DNA of 55,778 bases from Flavobacteriales bacterium (GTDB taxonomy: Bacteria; Bacteroidota; Bacteroidia; Flavobacteriales_D; Sanyastnellaceae): NCBI GenBank assembly GCA_030828175.1, contig JAURDB010000001.1, positions 1 through 55,778 of the forward strand. Reading direction: 5' to 3'. Shown here piece by piece: positions 25,057-33,026 of this stretch; position 1 is the first letter of the stretch, and each line of letters starts with the position of its first letter. Made by a program: the position numbers and the translations under genes. The notes beneath the pieces were generated by a model, which made no database searches, was not told the origin of the DNA, and saw nothing but the letters and a program-made list of their open reading frames with translations.

Positions 25057-25797
25057 ATGCAGCCCGGAATCATACGCGTCCCCTTGGCCCCCATCCGCAA
25101 GGAAGCGGATGACCGTTCGGAAATGGTAACCCAGGCTTTGTTCGGGGAAGCTGTTGAATGGGAAGTGACAGAGGCGACAGGATGGGTCCGGGTCCGTTTG
25201 ACCCGTGATGGATACACCGGATTCACAGATGAGAAACTGATCTCATCAGCGCCGGACGCCCTGGATGCGTTTGGTGAGGACACCACGACGTTGCAGGCCC
25301 CTCTGACCATGCTGGAATGGATGGGAAGGCCTTACCACCTTCCGGCGGGGTCGCGGGTTCCGAAAGCCATATGGCCACACACCTCGCCCCCTGTGCAGCT
25401 GCCAGTGGAAGTCGCCGCCCAATTCCTCGGCGCGCCCTACCTGTGGGGCGGAAAAAGCGTTTTGGGCATCGATTGCAGTGGCTTGACCCAATTGGGCTGT
25501 TTCCTCTGTGGATGGGAGCTGCCTCGCGACGCCTCTGACCAGTGGCGCGCGCTGGCGCCGTCACAGGTTCTTTTCGATGACCTTGCACACGGGGACTTGG
25601 TCTTCTTTCACAAGGTCAGCCCCGAGAAGATCACCCATGTGGGATTCGCATGGAAGCCCGAGGGACAACCCATGGGCGTTCTTCACGCATCTGGAGAAGT
25701 CCGCATTGACGCCTTGGACGATGGAGGAATCACGCGCGGGGGCGAGAGGACCCATCATTGGACCGGCGCTGCCCGCCTACCGGTCACTCTTGGATGA
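25057..25797 (+). CDS. NlpC/P60 (C40) family peptidoglycan peptidase with SH3-like N-terminal domain
   Basis: 246 aa. The motif LGAPYLWGGKSVLGIDCSGLTQ carries the catalytic Cys, and a downstream ITHVGF carries the His. The gene begins 3 nt after the thiolase stop codon. Confidence 0.85.
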   Translation: MQPGIIRVPLAPIRKEADDRSEMVTQALFGEAVEWEVTEATGWVRVRLTRDGYTGFTDEKLISSAPDALDAFGEDTTTLQAPLTMLEWMGRPYHLPAGSRVPKAIWPHTSPPVQLPVEVAAQFLGAPYLWGGKSVLGIDCSGLTQLGCFLCGWELPRDASDQWRALAPSQVLFDDLAHGDLVFFHKVSPEKITHVGFAWKPEGQPMGVLHASGEVRIDALDDGGITRGGERTHHWTGAARLPVTLG

Positions 25798-27313
25798 CCA
25801 AACGCTGGGTTTCCTTGACGTTGCGGAAGAGATAGACGCCTTCTGACAGGCCGTCGAGTCTGATTCTTTCGTTGGCGGAACGGAAGGTGCCCGCCAACAC
25901 CTCGCGGCCGCCCAGGTCGAACAAGGACCACGCGGTGCCCACGAATTCGGGGTGCACCAACACTTGAACCTGACCGGACGCGGGATTGGGCTGCAGCCGG
26001 ATCTCGGGGTCAGGTGCCTTCATCGGCTCCACGCTGGAAAGAAGGGGCGTCTCCAACGAAATGTCCTCGTCCCCGTCCTGGTAGAACACATAGTCGAAAA
26101 AGACGAAGAACATCTCATCTTCCGTGTTGTCACCGTATTGGACCAAAGCCGGGGGATCGCTCGGGTTGAATGGGTTGTTTGCCGTGTTGTCATATGTGGC
26201 GATGCCATGCAAGGTGTACCCGGCCGGAATGCGCGTCAAATGGGGAAAGGTGAAGAAGCCCTGCCAGTTGAAGTCCCAGGCTGGGATGGAGATCAGGGGA
26301 ATGGTGTCCTGGCCGTTGGAGCCGGTGGCAAAAACCTCCCATGAGACGCCCACAAGGTGGCAATGGGGTACGATGCTGATCAGACTGAGTGCAGTGGGAA
26401 TGTAATACGTCCCGTGAAAGGTCTTGACCTGATTGGCCGGAATGAAAAAAGGCTCCCCCAATGTCCAAGGCCCCATGATGCCTGTGGTGACCTCCCGCTC
26501 AATGGGGCCGTCCGTCAGGAACACATTGATTTCCGTTTGGTCCGTTTCCTCCACGGCACTGGGACCGTAATGCATTTGTACCAACAGGTCACTCTGCGCT
26601 GGGATAACCCGACCGATGCCCTCCGGGTACACCACCGTTTGCGTACCGGGAACCCATCCTCCAAAGAAGTTCTCGTAGGCTTCAAACCCGAAATCGCCGA
26701 AGCTCTCGTAGCCAGGACTTGGATCCTGACTGTCCAATGACGCCGCGGTGCCTTCAATGTCCACTCCCAGAATGGCGTGGTGGGCAATGGCACCGTTGCC
26801 CGGTCTCACCTCCAAGGCCCGGACGTGAACGTCTTCTTCGAATCCAGTGGGCATGACGAAGACCTGGTATTGGTCGGTCATGTCGCCTCCGTGGGTGTAT
26901 GGCTCCGGCATGGAGAACACCAGGTCCGGTTCTCCCACCTGGCTTCCTTCCGGAAAAACCGGCAAGCCAGGGTTGTCCGCAGGATCGCCCTCCGGCATTT
27001 CCGCATCCACCCAAGCGCTGATGGTTTCGATTTCATCCGCGGTCAAGACGCGTTCCCCCACAAAGTGGCTGTATTCGGCATTGGGCGTCCAAGGCGGCAT
27101 GTAGCCAATGGAAGTCACGTATTCGATGAAGGGCCCATACGCCGCGACTTCGTCGTAGGTGGTGAAGGGCATGGGACCGATTTCTCCGGCTCGGTGACAC
27201 TCCGTGCACGCATTGTGGATAATGGGGGCCACGTCGGCATGGTAGGTGACCTGGGCGGTGCAAGCCCCGGCTGCCATAACTAGAAAGAGGGTGAGAAACG
27301 GAAGTCGAATCAT
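25784..27313 (-). CDS. Secreted CxxCH-motif / PHM-DBH-like (copper type II ascorbate-dependent monooxygenase fold) protein with T9SS C-terminal domain
   Basis: The ORF is 25784..27364. The start is at 27313 (MIRLPFLTLFLVMAAGACTAQ). It carries CTECH at the N-terminus. PHM-like ligand motifs are present: AIAHHAILG (HH), LLVQMHYGP (compare the VLQVHYG motif of PHM as I recall it), VPHCHLVG (HxH) and TEDEMFFVF (Met). The last 72 aa form a T9SS-type CTD. Confidence 0.8.
   Translation of the reverse strand: MIRLPFLTLFLVMAAGACTAQVTYHADVAPIIHNACTECHRAGEIGPMPFTTYDEVAAYGPFIEYVTSIGYMPPWTPNAEYSHFVGERVLTADEIETISAWVDAEMPEGDPADNPGLPVFPEGSQVGEPDLVFSMPEPYTHGGDMTDQYQVFVMPTGFEEDVHVRALEVRPGNGAIAHHAILGVDIEGTAASLDSQDPSPGYESFGDFGFEAYENFFGGWVPGTQTVVYPEGIGRVIPAQSDLLVQMHYGPSAVEETDQTEINVFLTDGPIEREVTTGIMGPWTLGEPFFIPANQVKTFHGTYYIPTALSLISIVPHCHLVGVSWEVFATGSNGQDTIPLISIPAWDFNWQGFFTFPHLTRIPAGYTLHGIATYDNTANNPFNPSDPPALVQYGDNTEDEMFFVFFDYVFYQDGDEDISLETPLLSSVEPMKAPDPEIRLQPNPASGQVQVLVHPEFVGTAWSLFDLGGREVLAGTFRSANERIRLDGLSEGVYLFRNVKETQRLVIQE
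25787..26002 (-). other. T9SS (Por) C-terminal sorting domain
   Basis: The sequence is IRLQPNPASGQVQVLVHPEFVGTAWSLFDLGGREVLAGTFRSANERIRLDGLSEGVYLFRNVKETQRLVIQE. It has the classic 'PNPasg...l.D..Gr.v.......l.gl..GvY' pattern. Confidence 0.75.
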
Positions 27314-27360
27314 GGGGATGAATGTAAAAGCCGAGTGGGGGACATTGTGCAAGGCCTGGA

Positions 27361-27864
27361 TCAATCTTTCGTCAGCGGAATCTTGATTCCCTCAATGGGG
27401 CATCCCACGGCGTCGGTGCGCGGCACACTCACGGGCACGCCTGCCATCAACTCGGAAAGGGCCTCGTGCAGGTCCCTGCGGCGGGTGCGGTTCTTTCGTC
27501 TGCCGGGAGCGAAGTACCGGTCATTGATCCGCCCTCGGTAGACAACCGAGTCCCGGGCATCCAGAACGAAAACTTCGGGTGTCCAGAGGGCTCCCAGCCG
27601 TTCCGCCCATCCGGAAGTATCGGGCTGCAGAGACATGGAGAGTCCATATACGGCGTCGAATTCCGCAATCTGCTCTGCACGTGTGGAGGGGTTGGGAAAC
27701 AAGCCCACGAACGCCACGGGGGCATCCGCGAATTCCAATTCCATTGTGCGCAGGTCGTAGGTCATGTCCTGGCATATCGGACACAGCGGTGCCAGGAAAA
27801 TCAGGACGCGATAAAGGGCCGAAGAAGGGGACACAGCAGACACCAATTCAACAGCTGTCACCAA
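27361..27864 (-). CDS. Thioredoxin-fold redoxin (AhpC/TSA-like) with CPIC motif
   Basis: 167 aa. It has VLIFLAPLCPICQD (CxxC) in a thioredoxin-like context and sits between the two PHM-like paralogues. The ATG start lacks an obvious signal peptide, and the ORF overlaps the upstream gene by 17 nt, so the start is uncertain. Confidence 0.65.
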   Translation of the reverse strand: MVTAVELVSAVSPSSALYRVLIFLAPLCPICQDMTYDLRTMELEFADAPVAFVGLFPNPSTRAEQIAEFDAVYGLSMSLQPDTSGWAERLGALWTPEVFVLDARDSVVYRGRINDRYFAPGRRKNRTRRRDLHEALSELMAGVPVSVPRTDAVGCPIEGIKIPLTKD

Positions 27865-29296
27865 AGTTGCCCAAAAGGGTCAGGACGTCCGAGACGGTGA
27901 TGGCACCATCGCCGTCGACGTCCACATCACAGTTCTGGAGACACCCGAAATCCGCAAGCAACATCAAGACGTCCGACACCCCGATGATGCCGTCACCCGA
28001 GATGTCACCTGGGCACCCTGTGGCAACGGGACCCAGTGCCGTGTTTTCATCTCCCTCTTGGTAGGGAACCAGGTCCAGAAAGACGAAGAACATCTCGTCC
28101 TCCGTTCCTTCACCAAATGTGACCCATTGGGGCGGGTCGTTGGGGTTGAAAGGGTTGGAGGCGGTATTGTCATATGTGGCCTCTCCATGCAACGTATATC
28201 CCTCGGGCACCTTGGTCAGGTGGGTGAAAGTGAAGAATCCCTGCCAATTGAAATCCCATGCGGGTATGGAAATCAAAGGGATGGTGTCTTGGTTGTCGGG
28301 GGATGTGGCATAGACCAGCCAGGAAGAACCGATCAGGTGGCAATGCGGGGCAATGCTGATCAGGCTGACGTCTGCGGTGACCGGAAGCGTCCCGTGGAAA
28401 TGGGAAACCTGCCCCGGTGGAAGGATGAAGGGGGCATCCAAATGCTGGGGTCCCATGATGGCGGTGATGACCTCCCGCTCGATTGGCACATCGGACAAGA
28501 ACACGTTCACCTCGGTCAAATCGGTTTCCGCAACGGGAGTCGGGCCGTAGTGCATTTGCATGAGCAGGTCGGAGCCCGCAGGCAGGGTCCGGCCAATTCC
28601 CGGCGGATAGCTCACGCTCAAGGCGCCGGGGACCCAGGCACCGAAAAACGAGCTTTCGGCGTCGAAGCCGAATCCGCCAAAACTCTCGTAACCGGGACCC
28701 GGTTCAGCCGCATCGAGTTGGGCCGCCGTTCCCGATACATCGAGGCCGAGGATGGCGTGGTGAGCGACGTTGCCGTTTCCTGGTTCCACCTCCAGGGCCC
28801 GAATGGCCACGTCCTCTCCGAATCCAGATGGCATCACGAAGACCTGGTATTGATCCGTCATATCGCCCTCGTGGGTGTAAGGCTCAGGCATGGCGAGCAC
28901 CGCGTCTGGCGCACCCAGCAGGCTTCCATCGGGGAAGTCGGGAAGTCCCGGGTTGTCAGCCGGATCACCTTCCGGTTTGCCCGCATCCACCCATGCCTGA
29001 AGGGTCGCCTTCTGCTCGGGCGTGAGTACATTTTCCCCCACGAAGTGGCGGTAGTCCGCATCGGGCGACCATGGCGGCATGTAGCCGATGGACGTCACAT
29101 AGGCGATGAACTCGCCATACGCTTGCACCTCTGAAAATGAAGTGAACGGCATGGGCGCGATTTCGCCCGGCCGATGACATCCTGTGCAATGGTTGTGGAT
29201 GATGGGCGCCACATCCGCGTGATAGGTCACGGTCTGTGCACACACTTCCAAGCGCAGAGAAAAAAGAAGGGCCAGTAATGGCAACAGGCGCGGCAT
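27848..29296 (-). CDS. Secreted CxxCH-motif / PHM-DBH-like protein, paralogue carrying a double dockerin-like tail instead of a T9SS CTD
   Basis: The ORF is 27848..29587. The start is at 29296 (MPRLLPLLALLFSLRLEVCAQ). It carries CTGCH, NVAHHAILG, LLMQMHYGP, APHCHLIG and TEDEMFFVF. It is collinear with the 25784 protein up to ...YQEGDEN, then ends GCPGDISGDGIIGVSDVLMLLADFGCLQNCDVDVDGDGAITVSDVLTLLGNFGDSC. Confidence 0.8.
   Translation of the reverse strand: MPRLLPLLALLFSLRLEVCAQTVTYHADVAPIIHNHCTGCHRPGEIAPMPFTSFSEVQAYGEFIAYVTSIGYMPPWSPDADYRHFVGENVLTPEQKATLQAWVDAGKPEGDPADNPGLPDFPDGSLLGAPDAVLAMPEPYTHEGDMTDQYQVFVMPSGFGEDVAIRALEVEPGNGNVAHHAILGLDVSGTAAQLDAAEPGPGYESFGGFGFDAESSFFGAWVPGALSVSYPPGIGRTLPAGSDLLMQMHYGPTPVAETDLTEVNVFLSDVPIEREVITAIMGPQHLDAPFILPPGQVSHFHGTLPVTADVSLISIAPHCHLIGSSWLVYATSPDNQDTIPLISIPAWDFNWQGFFTFTHLTKVPEGYTLHGEATYDNTASNPFNPNDPPQWVTFGEGTEDEMFFVFLDLVPYQEGDENTALGPVATGCPGDISGDGIIGVSDVLMLLADFGCLQNCDVDVDGDGAITVSDVLTLLGNFGDSC
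27851..28018 (-). other. Cysteine-framed double dockerin-like C-terminal tail
   Basis: The sequence is GCPGDISGDGIIGVSDVLMLLADFGCLQNCDVDVDGDGAITVSDVLTLLGNFGDSC, and the stop codon directly follows the last Cys. Confidence 0.7.
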
Positions 29297-29353
29297 GCCT
29301 GAAGATAACGAATGGTGAGCGGATGGGTTTAAAGTGGCGTCCCTCCACCGCCA

Positions 29354-31147
29354 ATGGCTACATTGACGCCCATGCAATTGGCACTTTTGGATTTTGTCGT
29401 CATCGGTGGTGTTTTGTTCGCCGTGCTTGTCATTGGACTGTGGGCAGGCCGGTCGGGGAACGACAATGCCGACGACTTCTTTTTGGGAGGTCGGAACATG
29501 CCCTGGTGGCTCTTGGGCACCAGCATGGTGGCCACCACCTTCAGTGCAGACACCCCCAACTTGGTCACGGATCTGGTTCGACAACAAGGTGTCTCGGGAA
29601 ATTGGGCGTGGTGGGCCTTTCTGCTCACTGGCATGGTGACCGTGTTTGTCTACGCCCGGTTGTGGCGACGTTCCGGCGTGCTGACCGACATCGCCTTTTA
29701 CGAATTGCGATATGGGGGCAAGGCCGGGGCTTTTCTGCGCGGTTTCCGAGCGGTCTACCTGGGACTGGTCTTCAATGTGCTGGTCATGGCGACCGTGAGC
29801 CTCGCCGCCATCAAACTGGGCAGCATCCTACTCGGGTGGCCAGGCTGGCTGACCTTGCTCGTGACTTGTTCCGTGACGCTGCTTTTCAGCGTTTACGGGG
29901 GCTTGAAGGCCATTCTCTGGACGGATCTTTTCCAGTTTTTCCTGGCCATGGGAGGCGCCATCGCTGCCAGCGTGTATGTGCTCAGGCTGCCCGAAGTAGG
30001 CGGTCTGCAGGGTTTGATGACCCACCCCGCTGTGGTGGACAAACTCTCCGTCTGGCCCGATTTCAATGATCCCGCCGTTTGGGTTCCGGTCCTGCTGGTT
30101 CCGTTGGCGGTGCAGTGGTGGGCGAGCTATTACCCGGGAGCAGAGCCCGGTGGGGGAGGTTACATCGCACAAAGGATGTTCAGCGCCCGCAGCGAAGGGG
30201 ATGCCGTGGGTGCAACCCTTCTTTTTAATGTGGCCCATTACGCCTTGCGCCCTTGGCCTTGGATCCTGGTGGCCTTGGCATCCCTCATCGTGTACCCGGA
30301 CCTCACGGACATCGCTTCGGCCTTTCCCCAATTGGCAGCGGACAAAGTGGGCCACGATGTGGCCTATCCGGCCATGCTCAGCTTGCTCCCTGCCGGCATG
30401 CTGGGTTGGGTCGCCGCTTCACTGCTGGCCGCCTTCATATCGACCATGAGCACGCAGGTCAACCTCGGTGCGAGCTATCTCGTGCACGACGGCTGGGCGC
30501 GTTTCATCAGGCCCGATGCCAATGAGGCCGCCAAAGTGCGGGCCGGTCGTTGGGCCAGCCTGCTGTCTCTTCTCGCAGGTGCGCTGCTCAGCCTTTCTCT
30601 CACTTCGGCGGCACAGGCCTTCAACTTGCTCCTTTTGTTGGGAGCGGGAACGGGAGGGCTGTTCATTTTGCGCTGGTTCTGGTGGCGCATCTCTGCCAGC
30701 ACGGAAATCGTGGCCATGGTCGTCTCCCTGGCCGTCGCCGCGTATTTCACTTGGGTGCATGACGCCCTGGCGGCAGAACCTGTGGCCATGGTGCCGGCCA
30801 TGGCTCCTTGGGCCAAACTCGTTGTGGGCAGCTTGCTGACCACAGCGGGCTGGGTGGCTGCAGCCCTGGTTCTCCCGCCAGAATCTCCGGAGGTGCTGCA
30901 ACGCTTTGTCGACAAAGTGCAACCCGGCGGCCCGGGATGGAATCGGTTCCCCACCACGCAAGCCACCTCAGGGGAATGGAACGTCCCGCGTTCCTTGCTC
31001 ATGGCGTTCCTGGGGTGCGTCGCCGTTTATTCACTGCTCCTGGGCATGGGCGCGGTCTTGTTCGACGGAGGTTGGACCGCCCTGCTTTACGGGGCGATGG
31101 CAGGATTGGCCATCCAAGGGCTTCTCAGACTTCAAAAATCGGCGTGA
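29354..31147 (+). CDS. Sodium:solute symporter (SSF/SLC5 family)
   Basis: 597 aa and polytopic. It has the typical SSF N-terminus (DDFFLGGRNMPWWLLGTSMVATTFSADTP) and about 13 hydrophobic segments. Confidence 0.88.
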   Translation: MATLTPMQLALLDFVVIGGVLFAVLVIGLWAGRSGNDNADDFFLGGRNMPWWLLGTSMVATTFSADTPNLVTDLVRQQGVSGNWAWWAFLLTGMVTVFVYARLWRRSGVLTDIAFYELRYGGKAGAFLRGFRAVYLGLVFNVLVMATVSLAAIKLGSILLGWPGWLTLLVTCSVTLLFSVYGGLKAILWTDLFQFFLAMGGAIAASVYVLRLPEVGGLQGLMTHPAVVDKLSVWPDFNDPAVWVPVLLVPLAVQWWASYYPGAEPGGGGYIAQRMFSARSEGDAVGATLLFNVAHYALRPWPWILVALASLIVYPDLTDIASAFPQLAADKVGHDVAYPAMLSLLPAGMLGWVAASLLAAFISTMSTQVNLGASYLVHDGWARFIRPDANEAAKVRAGRWASLLSLLAGALLSLSLTSAAQAFNLLLLLGAGTGGLFILRWFWWRISASTEIVAMVVSLAVAAYFTWVHDALAAEPVAMVPAMAPWAKLVVGSLLTTAGWVAAALVLPPESPEVLQRFVDKVQPGGPGWNRFPTTQATSGEWNVPRSLLMAFLGCVAVYSLLLGMGAVLFDGGWTALLYGAMAGLAIQGLLRLQKSA

Positions 31148-32160
31148 ACCAGCCGTTCTCCACTTCCGCTCCCGGGCGACTTTGCCTCTTTGGAGAGCAC
31201 CAGGATTACCTGGGCTTGCCGGTGATCGCCATGGCGATGAACCGCAGGTGCCACCTGCATTTCAAGCCCCGCAGCGATCACAAGGTGCGTATGGTAAGTC
31301 AAGCCTTGGGCGAAATGGCTTCTTGGAACCTCGATGTCCGGGATGAGGAAAGAACGGATGATCCGCTGCGGCATGCCATGCGGGTCTTGATCGATGAATT
31401 TCGCCCGACTTCCGCAACCGGTTGGGATGTGGAAGTGGTCAGCACCATTCCCATTCAAGCCGGATGCAGTTCCTCTACTGCCTTGATGACCGCTTGGATT
31501 GCAGCCTGGCTTCGCATCCTTCAAGGCGGTTTTGATGCGTCCGACATCGTCAGGCGATGCCATCAATATGAGGTGTTGGATTTCGCAGGGGCAGGAGGGG
31601 ACATGGACCAATTCGCCTGTGGTCACGGAGGGCTGCATCGCTTCGGAGCGGGGGCGCCCCAACCCCTTCATCTGCCAGATGGGGTTTTCATTCTCGCAGA
31701 TTCGGGTCAACCCAAGGACACGCAGGGACATCTGCGCCGATGCCGGGATGCGCGCCTGCCATTGATGGCTGACCTCGATCGCAACGACATGGAGCGCACG
31801 GCGGATGAAATGGTGCTGGTCAAAGGAACCCGCATCAACCGTGACCTGGAGGAGAAATGGGGCCGCAGGATGCAGGAGGAGCCGGCCGGCGCAGCGGCTT
31901 TCGGTCGCGACTTGACCCGACACCATGAAGTGCTCCGTGACGCACTCGGACTGTCAACGCCCAGCATCGAAAACATCCTTCATGCCGCATTGAAGGCAGG
32001 TGCATGGGGAGGGAAGATCAATGGCTCCGGGGGAGGAGGCTGCGCTTTTGTACTTGCACCGAAAGACCGGACAGATGGCATTGTAGAGGCGATGCTGGGC
32101 GCAGGGGCAGCGGGCGCCTGGCCCGTACAAATGGACCAAGGCGTGACATGTCAAATGTGA
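31144..32160 (+). CDS. GHMP-family sugar 1-kinase (galactokinase-like)
   Basis: The ORF is 30808..32160, but its 5' part lies inside the symporter gene. The proposed start is GTG at 31144, forming a GTGA overlap with the symporter stop. It carries the galactokinase-type motif PGRLCLFGEHQDY, GHMP motif II IPIQAGCSSSTAL, and motif III KINGSGGGGCAFVL. Confidence 0.72.
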   Translation: MNQPFSTSAPGRLCLFGEHQDYLGLPVIAMAMNRRCHLHFKPRSDHKVRMVSQALGEMASWNLDVRDEERTDDPLRHAMRVLIDEFRPTSATGWDVEVVSTIPIQAGCSSSTALMTAWIAAWLRILQGGFDASDIVRRCHQYEVLDFAGAGGDMDQFACGHGGLHRFGAGAPQPLHLPDGVFILADSGQPKDTQGHLRRCRDARLPLMADLDRNDMERTADEMVLVKGTRINRDLEEKWGRRMQEEPAGAAAFGRDLTRHHEVLRDALGLSTPSIENILHAALKAGAWGGKINGSGGGGCAFVLAPKDRTDGIVEAMLGAGAAGAWPVQMDQGVTCQM

Positions 32161-32996
32161 ATCCCACCATCATCATGGCCGCCGGAAAGGGCAGCCGCAT
32201 GAAGGCCGACGCCGATGTGACACCCGAGACATTGGCGGAAGTGCGCTCCCGTCCCAAGCCGATGATCAGGATCGGAAAAGCACGCCGTCCCTTGCTCGGG
32301 CATTTGCTTGCCCTCTTGAAGGAAGAAGGGTGCGGAGATGCCTGCATCGTCATCGCCGAGGATGATGGTCTGACCCAGGAACATTTCGCGCGGCACCCCA
32401 TTCCGGGGATGAAGCTGTCCTTCGTTCGACAAGGCATACCTGCCGGGAGGAGCAAGCCATTGGGTACGGCACATGCCGTGCAACTCGCCCTGGAGGCCCA
32501 CCCGGAGTGGGGGCGGTATTCCGTCACCATCGCCAACGGGGACAATTTGCCGCCCCGAGGGATGTTTGCCGAACTTTTCCGGCACAAGGCAGCCCTTCCT
32601 GCGTTCCATCCCGATTTCCTCGGGTTGCCCAAGGATCGGATCCGCGCCTTTGCCGTCATCGAGGTGGACCCGGAAGGCCGAATGAAGGGAATCGTGGAGA
32701 AGCCCGGAACTGAGGACATGGAAAATGCCCGGTGGGCAGATGGCAACGTTCGGGTCAGCATGAACTATTTCAGGGTGCCATACGCTGCATTGCTCCATGC
32801 TGCGCGCCATGTTCCGGAGCATCCCGAACGGCGGGAAAAGGAGATCCCAACGGCCATTTCAATGTTGCATTCTTCCGGAAATGGCACATTGGAAGCATTG
32901 CCCATGAAGGGGGAATTCTTGGACCTTACGCATCCAGATGATGTCGAAAACGCGGGGCGCATCGCAGACAGCGGAGGGTTTGAGCTAAAATGCTGA
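32148..32996 (+). CDS. Sugar-1-phosphate nucleotidylyltransferase (NTP_transferase family)
   Basis: The ORF is 32004..32996. The start is at 32148 (MSNVNPTIIMAAGKGSRMK, the G-x-G-x-R pyrophosphorylase loop). A 13-nt overlap with the kinase gene suggests translational coupling. Confidence 0.78.
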   Translation: MSNVNPTIIMAAGKGSRMKADADVTPETLAEVRSRPKPMIRIGKARRPLLGHLLALLKEEGCGDACIVIAEDDGLTQEHFARHPIPGMKLSFVRQGIPAGRSKPLGTAHAVQLALEAHPEWGRYSVTIANGDNLPPRGMFAELFRHKAALPAFHPDFLGLPKDRIRAFAVIEVDPEGRMKGIVEKPGTEDMENARWADGNVRVSMNYFRVPYAALLHAARHVPEHPERREKEIPTAISMLHSSGNGTLEALPMKGEFLDLTHPDDVENAGRIADSGGFELKC

Positions 32997-33026
32997 ACTT
33001 GAGAATCCACGATATGTTATTCCAAT

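Noticed and set aside
28058-29134. A 358-aa ORF on the plus strand
   Set aside because: It is antisense to the PHM-like gene (27848..29296), which has a signal peptide and conserved ligand motifs and is collinear with its paralogue. The plus-strand translation is Arg/Gly/His-rich noise.
30808-31143. A 5' extension of the GHMP kinase ORF (112 extra codons)
   Set aside because: It lies out of frame within the 3' end of the symporter gene. The extension translates to Arg/Gly-rich filler. The galactokinase-type N-terminal motif begins right after the GTG at 31144.
32018-32822. Minus-strand ORFs of 247 aa and 223 aa
   Set aside because: They are antisense to the kinase and nucleotidyltransferase genes, have no motifs, and have shadow-ORF composition.
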